Source of the DNA: Gemmatimonadota bacterium
GTDB lineage: Bacteria; Gemmatimonadota; Gemmatimonadetes; Gemmatimonadales; GWC2-71-9
DNA length: 64,000 nt
Reading direction: 5' to 3'
NCBI GenBank assembly: GCA_003221895.1
Contig: QHUJ01000121.1
Span: 5,847 to 69,846 of the forward strand
Part shown: one piece after another, positions 8,847 through 17,814 of the stretch
How the letters are laid out: each line of letters starts with the position of its first letter
How positions within the stretch are numbered: position 1 is the first letter of the stretch
The notes under the pieces: generated by a model
Told to the model about the DNA's origin: nothing
Database searches by the model: none
The model's input: the letters and a program-made list of their open reading frames with translations, nothing else
Made by a program: the position numbers and the translations under genes

Positions 8847-9909
8847 TCTCGTCGTCATCGGCCTGGCGTGCAGCAACCCGCCGCAATCAGCCGGACAGGA
8901 CCGCTCGCTGCGTGTCCCGACCGGCTTTCACATTTCTCTCTTTGCGGAGCGTCTGCCCGGCGTGCGGTATCTCGCGCTCGGACCGGGGAATGCGATCTAC
9001 GCCTCGCAACCCGCTTCCGGGTTGATCGTGAAGGTGACGGACACGAACCACGACGGCGTCGCGGATACGGTCGAGACGGTCTCGAGTGGCTTGCATGGTC
9101 CATTCGGAATCGCGTTCCGATCGGACACGATGTACGTCGCCGAAGAGCGTGACGTGATCCGGTTCGATCCCGGTGCTCGCTCCCCTGTGACCGTCATCTC
9201 GGGGATTCCCGCCGGTGGTCACTCCACCCGCACGATCCTGTTCGGACCGGACGGCAAGCTGTATCTCGCCGTCGGTTCGTCGTGCAATCTCTGCGAGGAG
9301 CGCGATTCGCTGCGCGCGGCGGTCAGCCAGTTCAGTCGCGACGGCTCGGGCGGCCGGATCTTCGCGAAAGGACTGCGCAACACCGTCGGCCTGGCGTTCA
9401 ATCCGACCACGGGCGAATTGTGGGGCGGCAACAACGACCGCGACAACCTCGGCGACGACCTGCCGCCCGAGCACGTCAACATCATCAAGGATGGCCGCAA
9501 TTACGGCTGGCCGCAGTGCTATCTGCCGGGCAAACCCAATCCCGAGTACGGCTCCGCCGACTGCTCGAAGATCGAGCCGCCGGCGATCACGGTCCAGGCG
9601 CACTCCGCCCCACTCGGGCTGGCGTTCTATACCGGCACGCAGTTCCCGCGCGAGTATCGAGGCGATGCGTTCGTGACGCTGCACGGCTCGTGGAATCGGT
9701 CGGTCCCGACGGGTGCCAAAGTCGTGCGCGTAAAGGTCGACAGTGTGGGGCAGCGCGCGGTGGGCGTGGAGGACTTCATCGTCGGCTGGCAGCTACCTGA
9801 TGGTTCGCGGTGGGGCCGGCCGGTGGGATTGCTCGTGTTACCGGACGGTTCGTTGCTCGTGAGTGATGACACCGGTGGCAAAATCTGGAGGGTGACGTAT
9901 GGACGGTAG
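8830..9909 (+). CDS. PQQ-dependent sugar (glucose/sorbosone) dehydrogenase family beta-propeller, secreted
   Basis: I chose the internal ATG at 8830 because it yields the signal peptide MRAAISLVVIGLACS. Family motifs are GLRNTVGLAFNPTTGELWGGNNDRD and GRNYGWPQCY. Confidence 0.75.
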   Translation: MRAAISLVVIGLACSNPPQSAGQDRSLRVPTGFHISLFAERLPGVRYLALGPGNAIYASQPASGLIVKVTDTNHDGVADTVETVSSGLHGPFGIAFRSDTMYVAEERDVIRFDPGARSPVTVISGIPAGGHSTRTILFGPDGKLYLAVGSSCNLCEERDSLRAAVSQFSRDGSGGRIFAKGLRNTVGLAFNPTTGELWGGNNDRDNLGDDLPPEHVNIIKDGRNYGWPQCYLPGKPNPEYGSADCSKIEPPAITVQAHSAPLGLAFYTGTQFPREYRGDAFVTLHGSWNRSVPTGAKVVRVKVDSVGQRAVGVEDFIVGWQLPDGSRWGRPVGLLVLPDGSLLVSDDTGGKIWRVTYGR

Positions 9910-10672
9910 GACGGTCGGACGGCCGGTCGGCCTGTTTGCTCTACTCGCGTTGGGAAGTGTCGCGCTCCTGGCCCGGCCGTCAGGCCGTGCGGCCGACATT
10001 CATGCGGAGTACGTGAAGTTGCTCAGCGGCAAAGACACCATCACCGCCTACATCGCCTATCCGGAGCGCCCACAACCCGCGCCGGCGGTGATCGTCATCC
10101 ACGAAATCTTCGGCTTGTCGGATTTCATCCGGCAGACGACCGAGCAGCTCGCCAAGGACGGGTTCGTCGCCATCGCGCCCGATCTGCTGTCACGCCGGGG
10201 GGGCACACCCGCCACACCCGACTCCGCGCGCAAGCTGATCGCGACGCTGAACCCCGACACCGTGACCCTGGATCTCGACGCGACGCGCGCGTATCTCAAC
10301 AAGCAGAAGCCCGTGCGGGCGGGTGACATCGGCGTCATCGGCTTCTGTTGGGGCGGCGGGCAGAGCTTCCGGTACGCGACCAATGCGCCGGAGCTCAGGG
10401 CGTTCGTGGTGTGCTATGGACCGAGTCCCAACGCCGCCGATATGTCGAAGATTCGGGCGAAAGGTCTCGGCGTCTATGGCGAGAATGACGCGCGCATCGA
10501 TGCGGGCCTGCCGGATGCCGCCGCGGCCATGAAGGCGGCGGGGAAGGACTATCCGTACACCGTGTATCCCGGCGTCGGCCACGGGTTTTTGCGCACGCGC
10601 GAAAAGCCCGAGGTTGCCGACAGCGCCTGGAACGCAGCGATTCGCTTCTTCCACGCGCAGCTCAAGAGCTAG
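9899..10672 (+). CDS. Dienelactone hydrolase family protein, secreted
   Basis: Has an N-terminal signal-like segment, the nucleophile motif GVIGFCWGG, and a C-terminal GVGHGF. Confidence 0.8.
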   Translation: MDGRTVGRPVGLFALLALGSVALLARPSGRAADIHAEYVKLLSGKDTITAYIAYPERPQPAPAVIVIHEIFGLSDFIRQTTEQLAKDGFVAIAPDLLSRRGGTPATPDSARKLIATLNPDTVTLDLDATRAYLNKQKPVRAGDIGVIGFCWGGGQSFRYATNAPELRAFVVCYGPSPNAADMSKIRAKGLGVYGENDARIDAGLPDAAAAMKAAGKDYPYTVYPGVGHGFLRTREKPEVADSAWNAAIRFFHAQLKS

Positions 10673-12000
10673 CGCCGCGCCGCGGCGGCGGCGAGATACT
10701 CGCGCGCGCGGTCCAGCACCGCGTCTCGGCCGGCGAGCACGTCCTCTACCCGGACCTCGACGGGGATTTCGGGGGCGATCCCGGTGCGGATGAATTCCGT
10801 GCCGTCTGGGAACGCATCGCGCGTGACCGTGACGCGGAGCTGCCACTCACCGGCGAGCTTGAGGACGGCGGTCTGTCCCGTGCTCCCCGCCGAGGTCTCG
10901 CCGATGATCGATCCGCGGCCGCTGTTCCGAAACGCGACCAGCAGATCTTCCGCGGGCCCCGCGGTTCGCGAAGACGATAATACGGCGACGGGTCCGCTAT
11001 ACGCGATTCGCTCGCGTCGCGTGGGCGGCCAGATCGTGTCGGACGGCGCGATCATCCAGGCACCGGTCGAATCCGGCGTGTCGCTGCCGCGGTACGCGGG
11101 CCGATACTGCGGTGTGCGCCACCGGGAGGTGAGAACCGGACGATCGATGAGACGGCTGAGCATCGCGTAGCCTTGCTCCCGGCCGCCCGCCGTCCAGGTG
11201 GTCTCCCGCAGATCGAGGATGAGACCGCGATGGCGCGGTCCCTCGCGCGCCGCATCCCCGAGCGCACGATCGAATTGCGAGAGCACGTTAGGGTCGGCGA
11301 GCGAGTTGATCCGTATCCAGATCGCGCCGTCGGGCAGCGTGTCCACTTCGATCGCCGGGAGCTCGATCGGCCAGCGCGCGTTCAGGGCAACGCTGCGCGT
11401 TACGCTCGCGCCGCGCTCCTCTCCGCCGGGGACTTTGAGGAGTAGATGCAGCGCGGTGCCGCGCTCTCCCTCGAGCATCCGGGCGACGGCGCGTTCCCAG
11501 TGGCTCGCGTCGGTTCGGGCGGCGACTTCAGGAAGCACCGAGTCGCGGATCCAGATCGCCGCGGGGACACCCTGCACGGCGATGATCTCGGCCAGACGCT
11601 CGGGCCGCGCGACGCGCATCTCGTCGTTGGTGGCGTAATTCATGATGAACGGCCGGCGCGCGATGCTCCGCAGCACGATGGGTGGCCGGGCCATTCGCCC
11701 GGCGATCGACGGCGGAGGAAGGATCTCGAGCTGGCCGTCGTCGAGCAGCGCGCCCCAACGCCGCAGCTGGCGAAAGAATTGGAGATCGGTCGCGCGGCCG
11801 TTAGCATACGTGACTGTCGCGCTGAAGGCCGAGTCCCAGTTCGCGCGCACCGCGTCCCAGTAGGCGTAGTTGTACCGCGCTTCCGCCCAGATACCGGCCG
11901 CTACGAGCTGGCGATCGACCGGACTGAGACGTTGTGCGGCAAGTGGAAAACAGAGGAGCGCCGGGAACCACACGAAAAGCGACGGCGTACGGGATGGCAT
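10669..12000 (-). CDS. S41-family (tail-specific protease-like) peptidase, secreted
   Basis: Signal peptide is MPSRTPSLFVWFPALLCFPLAAQ. The C-terminal catalytic-like region is LSSSRTAGPAEDL...IIGETSAGSTGQ. The family call is by resemblance only. Confidence 0.55.
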   Translation of the reverse strand: MPSRTPSLFVWFPALLCFPLAAQRLSPVDRQLVAAGIWAEARYNYAYWDAVRANWDSAFSATVTYANGRATDLQFFRQLRRWGALLDDGQLEILPPPSIAGRMARPPIVLRSIARRPFIMNYATNDEMRVARPERLAEIIAVQGVPAAIWIRDSVLPEVAARTDASHWERAVARMLEGERGTALHLLLKVPGGEERGASVTRSVALNARWPIELPAIEVDTLPDGAIWIRINSLADPNVLSQFDRALGDAAREGPRHRGLILDLRETTWTAGGREQGYAMLSRLIDRPVLTSRWRTPQYRPAYRGSDTPDSTGAWMIAPSDTIWPPTRRERIAYSGPVAVLSSSRTAGPAEDLLVAFRNSGRGSIIGETSAGSTGQTAVLKLAGEWQLRVTVTRDAFPDGTEFIRTGIAPEIPVEVRVEDVLAGRDAVLDRAREYLAAAAARR

Positions 12001-13204
12001 GGCACTAATCTATCTGTTGCTGTTCGCATCGCCTCAATTGCTGCTGTTCCTTTATTTGCGCGAGCGCTTGCCACTGCGGACGCGCCTCTGGCTCGCGGTC
12101 GTCTTCGTCGTGTTCAACATCCCGTGGGCTATCGTCGCGGTGCGGATGTTTTCGGGCAGTCTGTGGGCCATGAGCCGCGTTCCGTACATCGCACCCTTTA
12201 TTGCCTGGCAATTGCTCGGCTGGATTTTCTGCGCACTGGTCTGCGTGTATTTGGTGGGCAAGGGAATCTGGTGGCTGATCGGACGGGTGCGTGGTGCGTG
12301 GTACGTGGTCCGAGGGAAGCAGTCCGACGCGCCACGCACCAGGGAGCAGGAACGTGTTTCCAGACGGCAGTTCCTCGCTCGTGCCACCTACGCTTACGCA
12401 GCCGCAGGTCTCGGCCTTTCAGCGTACGGCATCTGGAGCGCCGAGCAATTGCCCACCGTCACGCGTCACACGCTGGTGTTCGACAATCTGCCCGCGGGAC
12501 TCGACGGCCTGCGCGTCGCGCACCTCTCCGACGTGCATGCCGGGATTCATATGTCGGGTGAAAAGATGGCGGGGATCGTCGCGCGAACGAACGCGTTGCA
12601 GGCCGATCTGATCCTGCAGACGGGAGACATGATCGATATCTCCCAGTCGTTCATTCCCGACTACGTGCGGGCGTTTCGTGATCTACACGCGCCACTGGGC
12701 GTCGTGACCGTGCTGGGCAATCACGACCGGTATACCGGCGAGAACGCGGTGATCAAAGGTGTGCGCGACGCCGGCCAGGCATTCGTAAAAAACGGCGTGC
12801 ACGTCATCGAGCATCGGGGCGCTGCGCTCGCGCTCATCGGCATCGACGATCCGCGCAGCTGGCGCGCCGACGATCCGCAGGAGGACGATCTCGAGGCCGC
12901 GCTGCGGGTTACACCACCGCAATCCGAGGCATTCCGGATCCTGCTAGCGCATAGGCCCGGTGCCTTCGACGGCGCCGCGCCGCGCGGTATCCCGCTCACG
13001 CTGGCCGGTCACATCCACGGCGGGCAATTCTACCTGCCTGTCCTCGGCTGGTCACCGGGGCGACTCATCACCAAGTATGTCATGGGCCATTTCACGCAGG
13101 GCGCGAGCCAGCTCTACGTAAGCCGAGGCATTGGCGTGGTCGGCGTGCCGTTGCGCGTATTTGTGCCTCCGGAGATCGCGCTGTTTGAGCTAAGGCGGGC
13201 ATGA
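11999..13204 (+). CDS. Membrane-anchored metallophosphoesterase
   Basis: Start was chosen at the ATG at 11999, which gives N-terminal TM helices. Calcineurin-like motifs are LSDVHAG, TGDMID, GNHD and GHIHGG. Confidence 0.8.
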   Translation: MALIYLLLFASPQLLLFLYLRERLPLRTRLWLAVVFVVFNIPWAIVAVRMFSGSLWAMSRVPYIAPFIAWQLLGWIFCALVCVYLVGKGIWWLIGRVRGAWYVVRGKQSDAPRTREQERVSRRQFLARATYAYAAAGLGLSAYGIWSAEQLPTVTRHTLVFDNLPAGLDGLRVAHLSDVHAGIHMSGEKMAGIVARTNALQADLILQTGDMIDISQSFIPDYVRAFRDLHAPLGVVTVLGNHDRYTGENAVIKGVRDAGQAFVKNGVHVIEHRGAALALIGIDDPRSWRADDPQEDDLEAALRVTPPQSEAFRILLAHRPGAFDGAAPRGIPLTLAGHIHGGQFYLPVLGWSPGRLITKYVMGHFTQGASQLYVSRGIGVVGVPLRVFVPPEIALFELRRA

Positions 13205-13305
13205 CGGGGAGTTGTGCGCCCCCGTCGGTTGCTATCACGGACGCCACGAGACTAGCTTACCGGCCGCGTAAAACTCCCACACATCATTTTGGAGGCGGTC
13301 GCGAC

Positions 13306-14445
13306 ATGCGCATGCTGGTGCTGGGCGCAGGGCTGCAGGGCTCTGCCTGCGCGTATGATTTGCTACAGCGGCCGGAGGTCGAGCGCGTGACGTTGGCGGA
13401 TCTGAATCCGCGCCGCGTGCCGCCATTCCTGCTGCGCAAGAAGGACAGGCGCTTGGTTGTCGCCCGGCTCGACGCCCGACGCGCAGCCGATCTCCGCCGG
13501 CGCATGCAGCGCCATGATGCCGTGCTGAACGCGCTCCCCTACTACTTCAATTATCCTGTCGCCAAGGCGGCGGTCGGCGCCGGTCTGCATTACGCCGACC
13601 TCGGCGGAAACACGGAGATCGTCCAGAAGCAGCGCACGCTGCACGCGCGAGCGCGGAAGAAGGGCGTATCCGTCATTCCCGACTGCGGGCTCGCTCCCGG
13701 CATGGTCAACATCATCGCTGCCGAGGGCATTCGGTGCGTGGGAGAGGCACAGGCGGTCAAGATTTTCGTCGGGGGACTCCCGCAGCAGCCCGAGCCACCG
13801 CTGAACTATCAGATCGTCTATTCCCTCGAGGGCGCGCTCGACTACTACACGACGCCCTCGTGGGTGCTGCGCGGCGGCCGGCCGGAGCGCGTCGACGCGC
13901 TGTCCGAGCTCGAAGTGGTCGAGTTCCCGAGTCCGGTGGGGACGCTCGAGGCGTTTCATACGGGCGGCGGCATCTCCACGATGCCGTGGGCGTACAAGGG
14001 CAAGATCCAGACGATGGAATACAAGACGCTGCGCTACCCGGGCCACGTGGCGATCATGCGTCCGATTCGCGAGCTCGGACTTCTATCCATGGACCCCGTC
14101 AATGTGAGAGGCACGAGAATCGTGCCGCGCGACGCATTCATTGCGGCGGTGTCACCGCAGCTCTCCAAACCCAACGGCCGAGACCTCGTCGCGCTTCGCG
14201 TGGAAGTCACGGGCCGGGATGGCCGTCGCGTCGCGTGGCAGCTGCTCGACTACTACGACGAGGCGACCGGCATCAGCGCGATGATGCGCACCACGGGATA
14301 CTCATTGGCGATCACCGGTGCCATGCAGGTGGACGGCCGGATTACCCAGGCCGGCGTGCACACGCCCGATGAAGCAGTGCCGTTCCGGGCGTACGTCGAC
14401 GAGCTGAAACGCCGCGGAGTGGAGATCCGCGAGCTTCGTGAATAA
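13306..14445 (+). CDS. Saccharopine dehydrogenase-family NAD(P)-binding oxidoreductase
   Basis: The ATG at 13306 is preceded by GGAGG. It has the Rossmann motif MRMLVLGAGLQGSACAYDL and a C-terminal saccharopine-DH-like region (DCGLAPGMVNI). Confidence 0.65.
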   Translation: MRMLVLGAGLQGSACAYDLLQRPEVERVTLADLNPRRVPPFLLRKKDRRLVVARLDARRAADLRRRMQRHDAVLNALPYYFNYPVAKAAVGAGLHYADLGGNTEIVQKQRTLHARARKKGVSVIPDCGLAPGMVNIIAAEGIRCVGEAQAVKIFVGGLPQQPEPPLNYQIVYSLEGALDYYTTPSWVLRGGRPERVDALSELEVVEFPSPVGTLEAFHTGGGISTMPWAYKGKIQTMEYKTLRYPGHVAIMRPIRELGLLSMDPVNVRGTRIVPRDAFIAAVSPQLSKPNGRDLVALRVEVTGRDGRRVAWQLLDYYDEATGISAMMRTTGYSLAITGAMQVDGRITQAGVHTPDEAVPFRAYVDELKRRGVEIRELRE

Positions 14446-14489
14446 CTCGACCAGGTGCTCGAGAGAATGAAGGAGCGCGGGCGGAAGCC

Positions 14490-15635
14490 TCAGTAGCTCC
14501 ACGAGCCTGCGAACGTCACCTCGGTACCTTCCGCCCCTTTCCCCACGGCGAACGTGAATACGGTGTTGCGCAGCATCGCCAGGCCAACACCGCCGCCCCA
14601 CGCGGAGTGGAGTCCCTCGGTTGTCAGTCTGACGGACTCGCCGGGCGCGAATACCCTGCCCACGTCGTAGAACGCGAGCAGCTTGACCTCGAGTACGCGC
14701 GGCGACCAGAGCACACCGTACCGCGCCTCCACTCCTCCCAGCAGCTTCCCAGGCCCGAGGTAGCGACCGTCGTGATAGCCGCGCAGTGAGCGGTACCCAC
14801 CCATGGCATTGAACGGCCGGTCGCTCGATTCGAAGGTGAACTGCGCCGAGATGGGCGGTGAGCCAGACATGCTCTCGCCGGCGACGCGCCCCGCAAGAAC
14901 CAGCCGACGGAGCGGATGGACGTAGCCCCGGAGCGACGCGGTCGTCCGCGTGTAGCCGTTTCCGCTGGCGTACAGCGCCTCCGCCAAAATGCCCCGGTGC
15001 GGGTCCAGCTCGAGATCGCGCCGGTCGAGTACCACGCCGGCGCGGAAGACGGCGTCGTTGAAGGGAACCTCGTCCGGTGTAATGGTGCCGTCCGCGACGT
15101 CGTGCTGAAAGACGCTGCCGCCCGGCAGCTCTCGAAAGTCGGTATGGTCCAGCGACCCGCCGACCAGCACGCGTAATGGTCCGGTGATGCGCCGTTGGAT
15201 GGTTGCTCGCACCCCGCGGGTCTTCCGGCTCACCTGGTAGAAGTACGAACGCCCGACCGTGCTGTCGGTATCGAAGGTTGTGCTGTTGCCCAGCCCGTAG
15301 TAGCCGAGACGATTGGCGCGGATTCCATAGAGCGCCAGCCCGAATCGCCAGCCTTCCCAGTAGGCCGGCGCCTGTGCATCCAGGATCACGGAGTAGCTGC
15401 CCGCGGTGCTGGCGCCGGCGTCCAGCGCGATCCGAGCGTATGTCGGTTCGGGGCGTTCGGCAAAGCCGATCGCGCTCGACCAGTCGTAGTGACCCCCGAC
15501 CCAGAATCCGTCGATCGAGCTGTACCACAAGGCCGGATAGCGATGATCTGTCCAGGTGTTGCGTGGATTCTCCGCTACCTGCGCTGCTCCGAGGCGAGGC
15601 GCGACCAAGACCGCGAGCAGGAAAAGGCTTCTCAA
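14490..15635 (-). CDS. Omp85/BamA-superfamily outer-membrane beta-barrel without POTRA domains
   Basis: I infer a TTG start at 15635, which yields the signal peptide (M)RSLFLLAVLVAPRLGAAQ. The barrel has Bac_surface_Ag-like motifs (GGYRSLRGY, GGVEARY, GVGLAM). The long upstream ORF extension overlaps the neighbouring gene and was rejected. Confidence 0.65.
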   Translation of the reverse strand: MRSLFLLAVLVAPRLGAAQVAENPRNTWTDHRYPALWYSSIDGFWVGGHYDWSSAIGFAERPEPTYARIALDAGASTAGSYSVILDAQAPAYWEGWRFGLALYGIRANRLGYYGLGNSTTFDTDSTVGRSYFYQVSRKTRGVRATIQRRITGPLRVLVGGSLDHTDFRELPGGSVFQHDVADGTITPDEVPFNDAVFRAGVVLDRRDLELDPHRGILAEALYASGNGYTRTTASLRGYVHPLRRLVLAGRVAGESMSGSPPISAQFTFESSDRPFNAMGGYRSLRGYHDGRYLGPGKLLGGVEARYGVLWSPRVLEVKLLAFYDVGRVFAPGESVRLTTEGLHSAWGGGVGLAMLRNTVFTFAVGKGAEGTEVTFAGSWSY

Positions 15636-16681
15636 GTCTGTTCGAAGAGGTGGGCCGTGTCGCGGATCTTGGCCTCGGCGCCGTCGTGCACGGCGTACTG
15701 GCCGGGGTAGAGCGAGGCGGCGCCGAACTCGCCGCGCTTGTTTACCGCATAGTAGGTGAGATTGAACTTGGGGCGGCCCCGCGCGCCGAGCAGCCTCGAC
15801 TCGGTGGCGCTGACCACGCGCTTCAGCGTCGCCAGGCAGGCATCGGTCGGTGCCACGCCCCGGCGCATGCCTTCGACCGTCAAAAAACCGCCACACACCT
15901 TGATGTTGGACTCGCCCCGGCCCGTCGACCCGGCCGCGCCGACGTCGTTGTCGCAATACTGCCCGGCTCCGATGATGGCCGAGTCACCGACACGTCCCGG
16001 AATCTTCCAGGCGAGCCCGCTCGTCGTCGTGACGGATGAGATATCGCCGCCCGGCGTGACGGCATCACAATTGATCGTCCCCGTCGGCCGGACTACCATC
16101 GTTTCCTTCTCGGGTACGTCGAGGTAATCGTCATCGGGATTGAGATTGGCGCGCCACTTCAGCCATTCCTCGCGCGAGTGCTCGGTCAGCAGATCTTCTT
16201 CCTTGAAGCCGTAGGACAGCGCAAACTTTTTGGCGCCCTCGCCGACCAGGAAGATGTGATTGGTGTACTTGAGGACGAGCTTTGCGACTTCGGATGGCGT
16301 CTTGATGTTTTCGAGACAACCGACCGCACCGGCGCGCTTGGTGGGCCCGTGCATGCACGACGCGTCGAGCTGCACGACGCCGTCGCGATTCGGCAGGCCG
16401 CCATAGCCCACCGAGTCGTCGCTCGGATCGAGCTCCTGGATTTTCACACCTTCGATGACGGCGTCGAGCGTGTCCGCGCCTTGCAGCAACAGGTCGAACG
16501 CTTTCTGCACACCGCGCAGCCCATTCGCGCTCGCGATGACCACCGGCTTCGCGGCCCAGCGTGACTCGGGAGGGAGCGGCCGCGGCGGCCGCATCGGGTG
16601 GGGGATGCCCATCACGACACTGCTGGCCATGCCGGCGGCGCTTGACCGCACGAACTCCCGGCGCGAGAGAAGGTCGGACAT
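15632..16681 (-). CDS. Ntn-hydrolase of the glycosylasparaginase / isoaspartyl peptidase-L-asparaginase family, Tat-exported
   Basis: Has the twin-arginine motif SRREFVRSSAAG. Family motifs are DSVGYGGLPN, HIFLVGEGA, an autoprocessing-type PTGTINC, and GAAGSTGRGE. Confidence 0.8.
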   Translation of the reverse strand: MSDLLSRREFVRSSAAGMASSVVMGIPHPMRPPRPLPPESRWAAKPVVIASANGLRGVQKAFDLLLQGADTLDAVIEGVKIQELDPSDDSVGYGGLPNRDGVVQLDASCMHGPTKRAGAVGCLENIKTPSEVAKLVLKYTNHIFLVGEGAKKFALSYGFKEEDLLTEHSREEWLKWRANLNPDDDYLDVPEKETMVVRPTGTINCDAVTPGGDISSVTTTSGLAWKIPGRVGDSAIIGAGQYCDNDVGAAGSTGRGESNIKVCGGFLTVEGMRRGVAPTDACLATLKRVVSATESRLLGARGRPKFNLTYYAVNKRGEFGAASLYPGQYAVHDGAEAKIRDTAHLFEQT

Positions 16682-16735
16682 GGACGGGTTTTAGCCACTC
16701 GTCTATCGGCTGTCAACTTGCTACGTTGAGACCCC

Positions 16736-17443
16736 GTGGAGCTTTCGCTCATTGTCCCCGCCTATAACGAACGGGAGAACCTCGCTCCGCTGCTGGACGA
16801 GATCACGTCCGCTCTCGCGGGCAGGACCTATGAGGTGATCGTCGTCGATGACGGCTCGACCGATGGCACGCTGCAAGAGCTCAAGGCGCTGCGCGCCCGG
16901 CATCCGCAGCTCCGTGTCCTGGCGTTGGAGCGCAACTCAGGTCAAACCGCCGCCTTCGCGGCGGGCTTTCGCGCCGCCCGCGCCCCGATCGTGATCACGC
17001 TCGACGCCGATCTGCAGAACGATCCCACAGACATCCCGCGACTCGTCGATACGCTGGAGCAGAGCGGCGCCACCGCGGTCGCGGGCTTCAGGGCCACGCG
17101 ACGCGATACGCCCTGGAAACGGCTGCAGAGCCGCATCGCCAACGGCGTGCGCAATCGGCTCAACGGTGAAGTGATCCGCGATACCGGCTGCTCGCTCAAG
17201 GCGTTTCGTACCGAAGCGGTCCGTGAGCTGCCGCTGTTCGCGGGCATGCATCGTTTTCTGCCCACGCTCATCAAGATGCAGGGTGGCACCGTCACCGAGG
17301 TTCCCGTCGGCCACCGGCCGCGGCGCCACGGGCAAACGAAGTACGGCATGTGGAATCGTGTCTGGCGGTCGCTCGCGGATGCGTTCGCGGTGCGCTGGAT
17401 GCAACGTCGGGCGTTGCACTACCACGTGCGGGAGGAGTCCTGA
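16736..17443 (+). CDS. Family-2 glycosyltransferase, polyprenyl-phosphate sugar transferase type (DPM1/GtrB/ArnC-like)
   Basis: Has a GTG start and motifs LSLIVPAYNE, VIVVDDGSTDGT, ITLDADLQNDP and RFLP. Length is 235 aa. Confidence 0.85.
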   Translation: MELSLIVPAYNERENLAPLLDEITSALAGRTYEVIVVDDGSTDGTLQELKALRARHPQLRVLALERNSGQTAAFAAGFRAARAPIVITLDADLQNDPTDIPRLVDTLEQSGATAVAGFRATRRDTPWKRLQSRIANGVRNRLNGEVIRDTGCSLKAFRTEAVRELPLFAGMHRFLPTLIKMQGGTVTEVPVGHRPRRHGQTKYGMWNRVWRSLADAFAVRWMQRRALHYHVREES

Positions 17444-17814
17444 TGACCGAACCCCGCGACGGCAGCGTAGGCAGTAAGCACGAGCAGTGGCTCGCGCAGA
17501 TCGACGCCGAGCTCGACGGCGAGTTGTCGCTGGTGGAACGCGCGGCGCTGGCGAAGCACCTCGCGACGTGCGGGCATTGCGCGGGTGCCCGTGCCAGCCA
17601 GCTCGAGGTGCGCGTCGCGTTGGCGCGGGCGGCCGGGAATCCGCACGCCTTCGTCGTGCCGCGCCCCGCTATCCGGGCCGGCACGCTCTTCCTCTGGATG
17701 GTGATCGCGCTCGGAGCCGGCCTGCTCGCGGGGTGGGTCGCGCAGCAGCGGTGGGGTGGACCGGGGGGCGGCGGTTCCCTCGAGGAAACGCGTGGCACCA
17801 TCGTCGTTCACTAG
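17443..17814 (+). CDS. Small single-pass membrane protein with zf-HC2 anti-sigma-factor-like N-terminus
   Basis: The ATG at 17443 overlaps the GT2 stop (TGATG). It has the HC2 motif HLATCGHCAG and one TM helix (LFLWMVIALGAGLLAGWV). No sigma factor gene is adjacent. Confidence 0.6.
   Translation: MTEPRDGSVGSKHEQWLAQIDAELDGELSLVERAALAKHLATCGHCAGARASQLEVRVALARAAGNPHAFVVPRPAIRAGTLFLWMVIALGAGLLAGWVAQQRWGGPGGGGSLEETRGTIVVH

Noticed and set aside
13204-13305. A weak hairpin (ACGGGG-N10-CCCCGT) after the metallophosphoesterase gene.
   Set aside because: It has a short 6-bp stem, a large loop and no T-tract, so it is not convincing as a terminator.
15636-15956. An upstream extension of the Omp85-like ORF (488-aa version).
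   Set aside because: It overlaps the 3' part of the asparaginase-family gene in another frame. A signal peptide appears only from the TTG at 15635.
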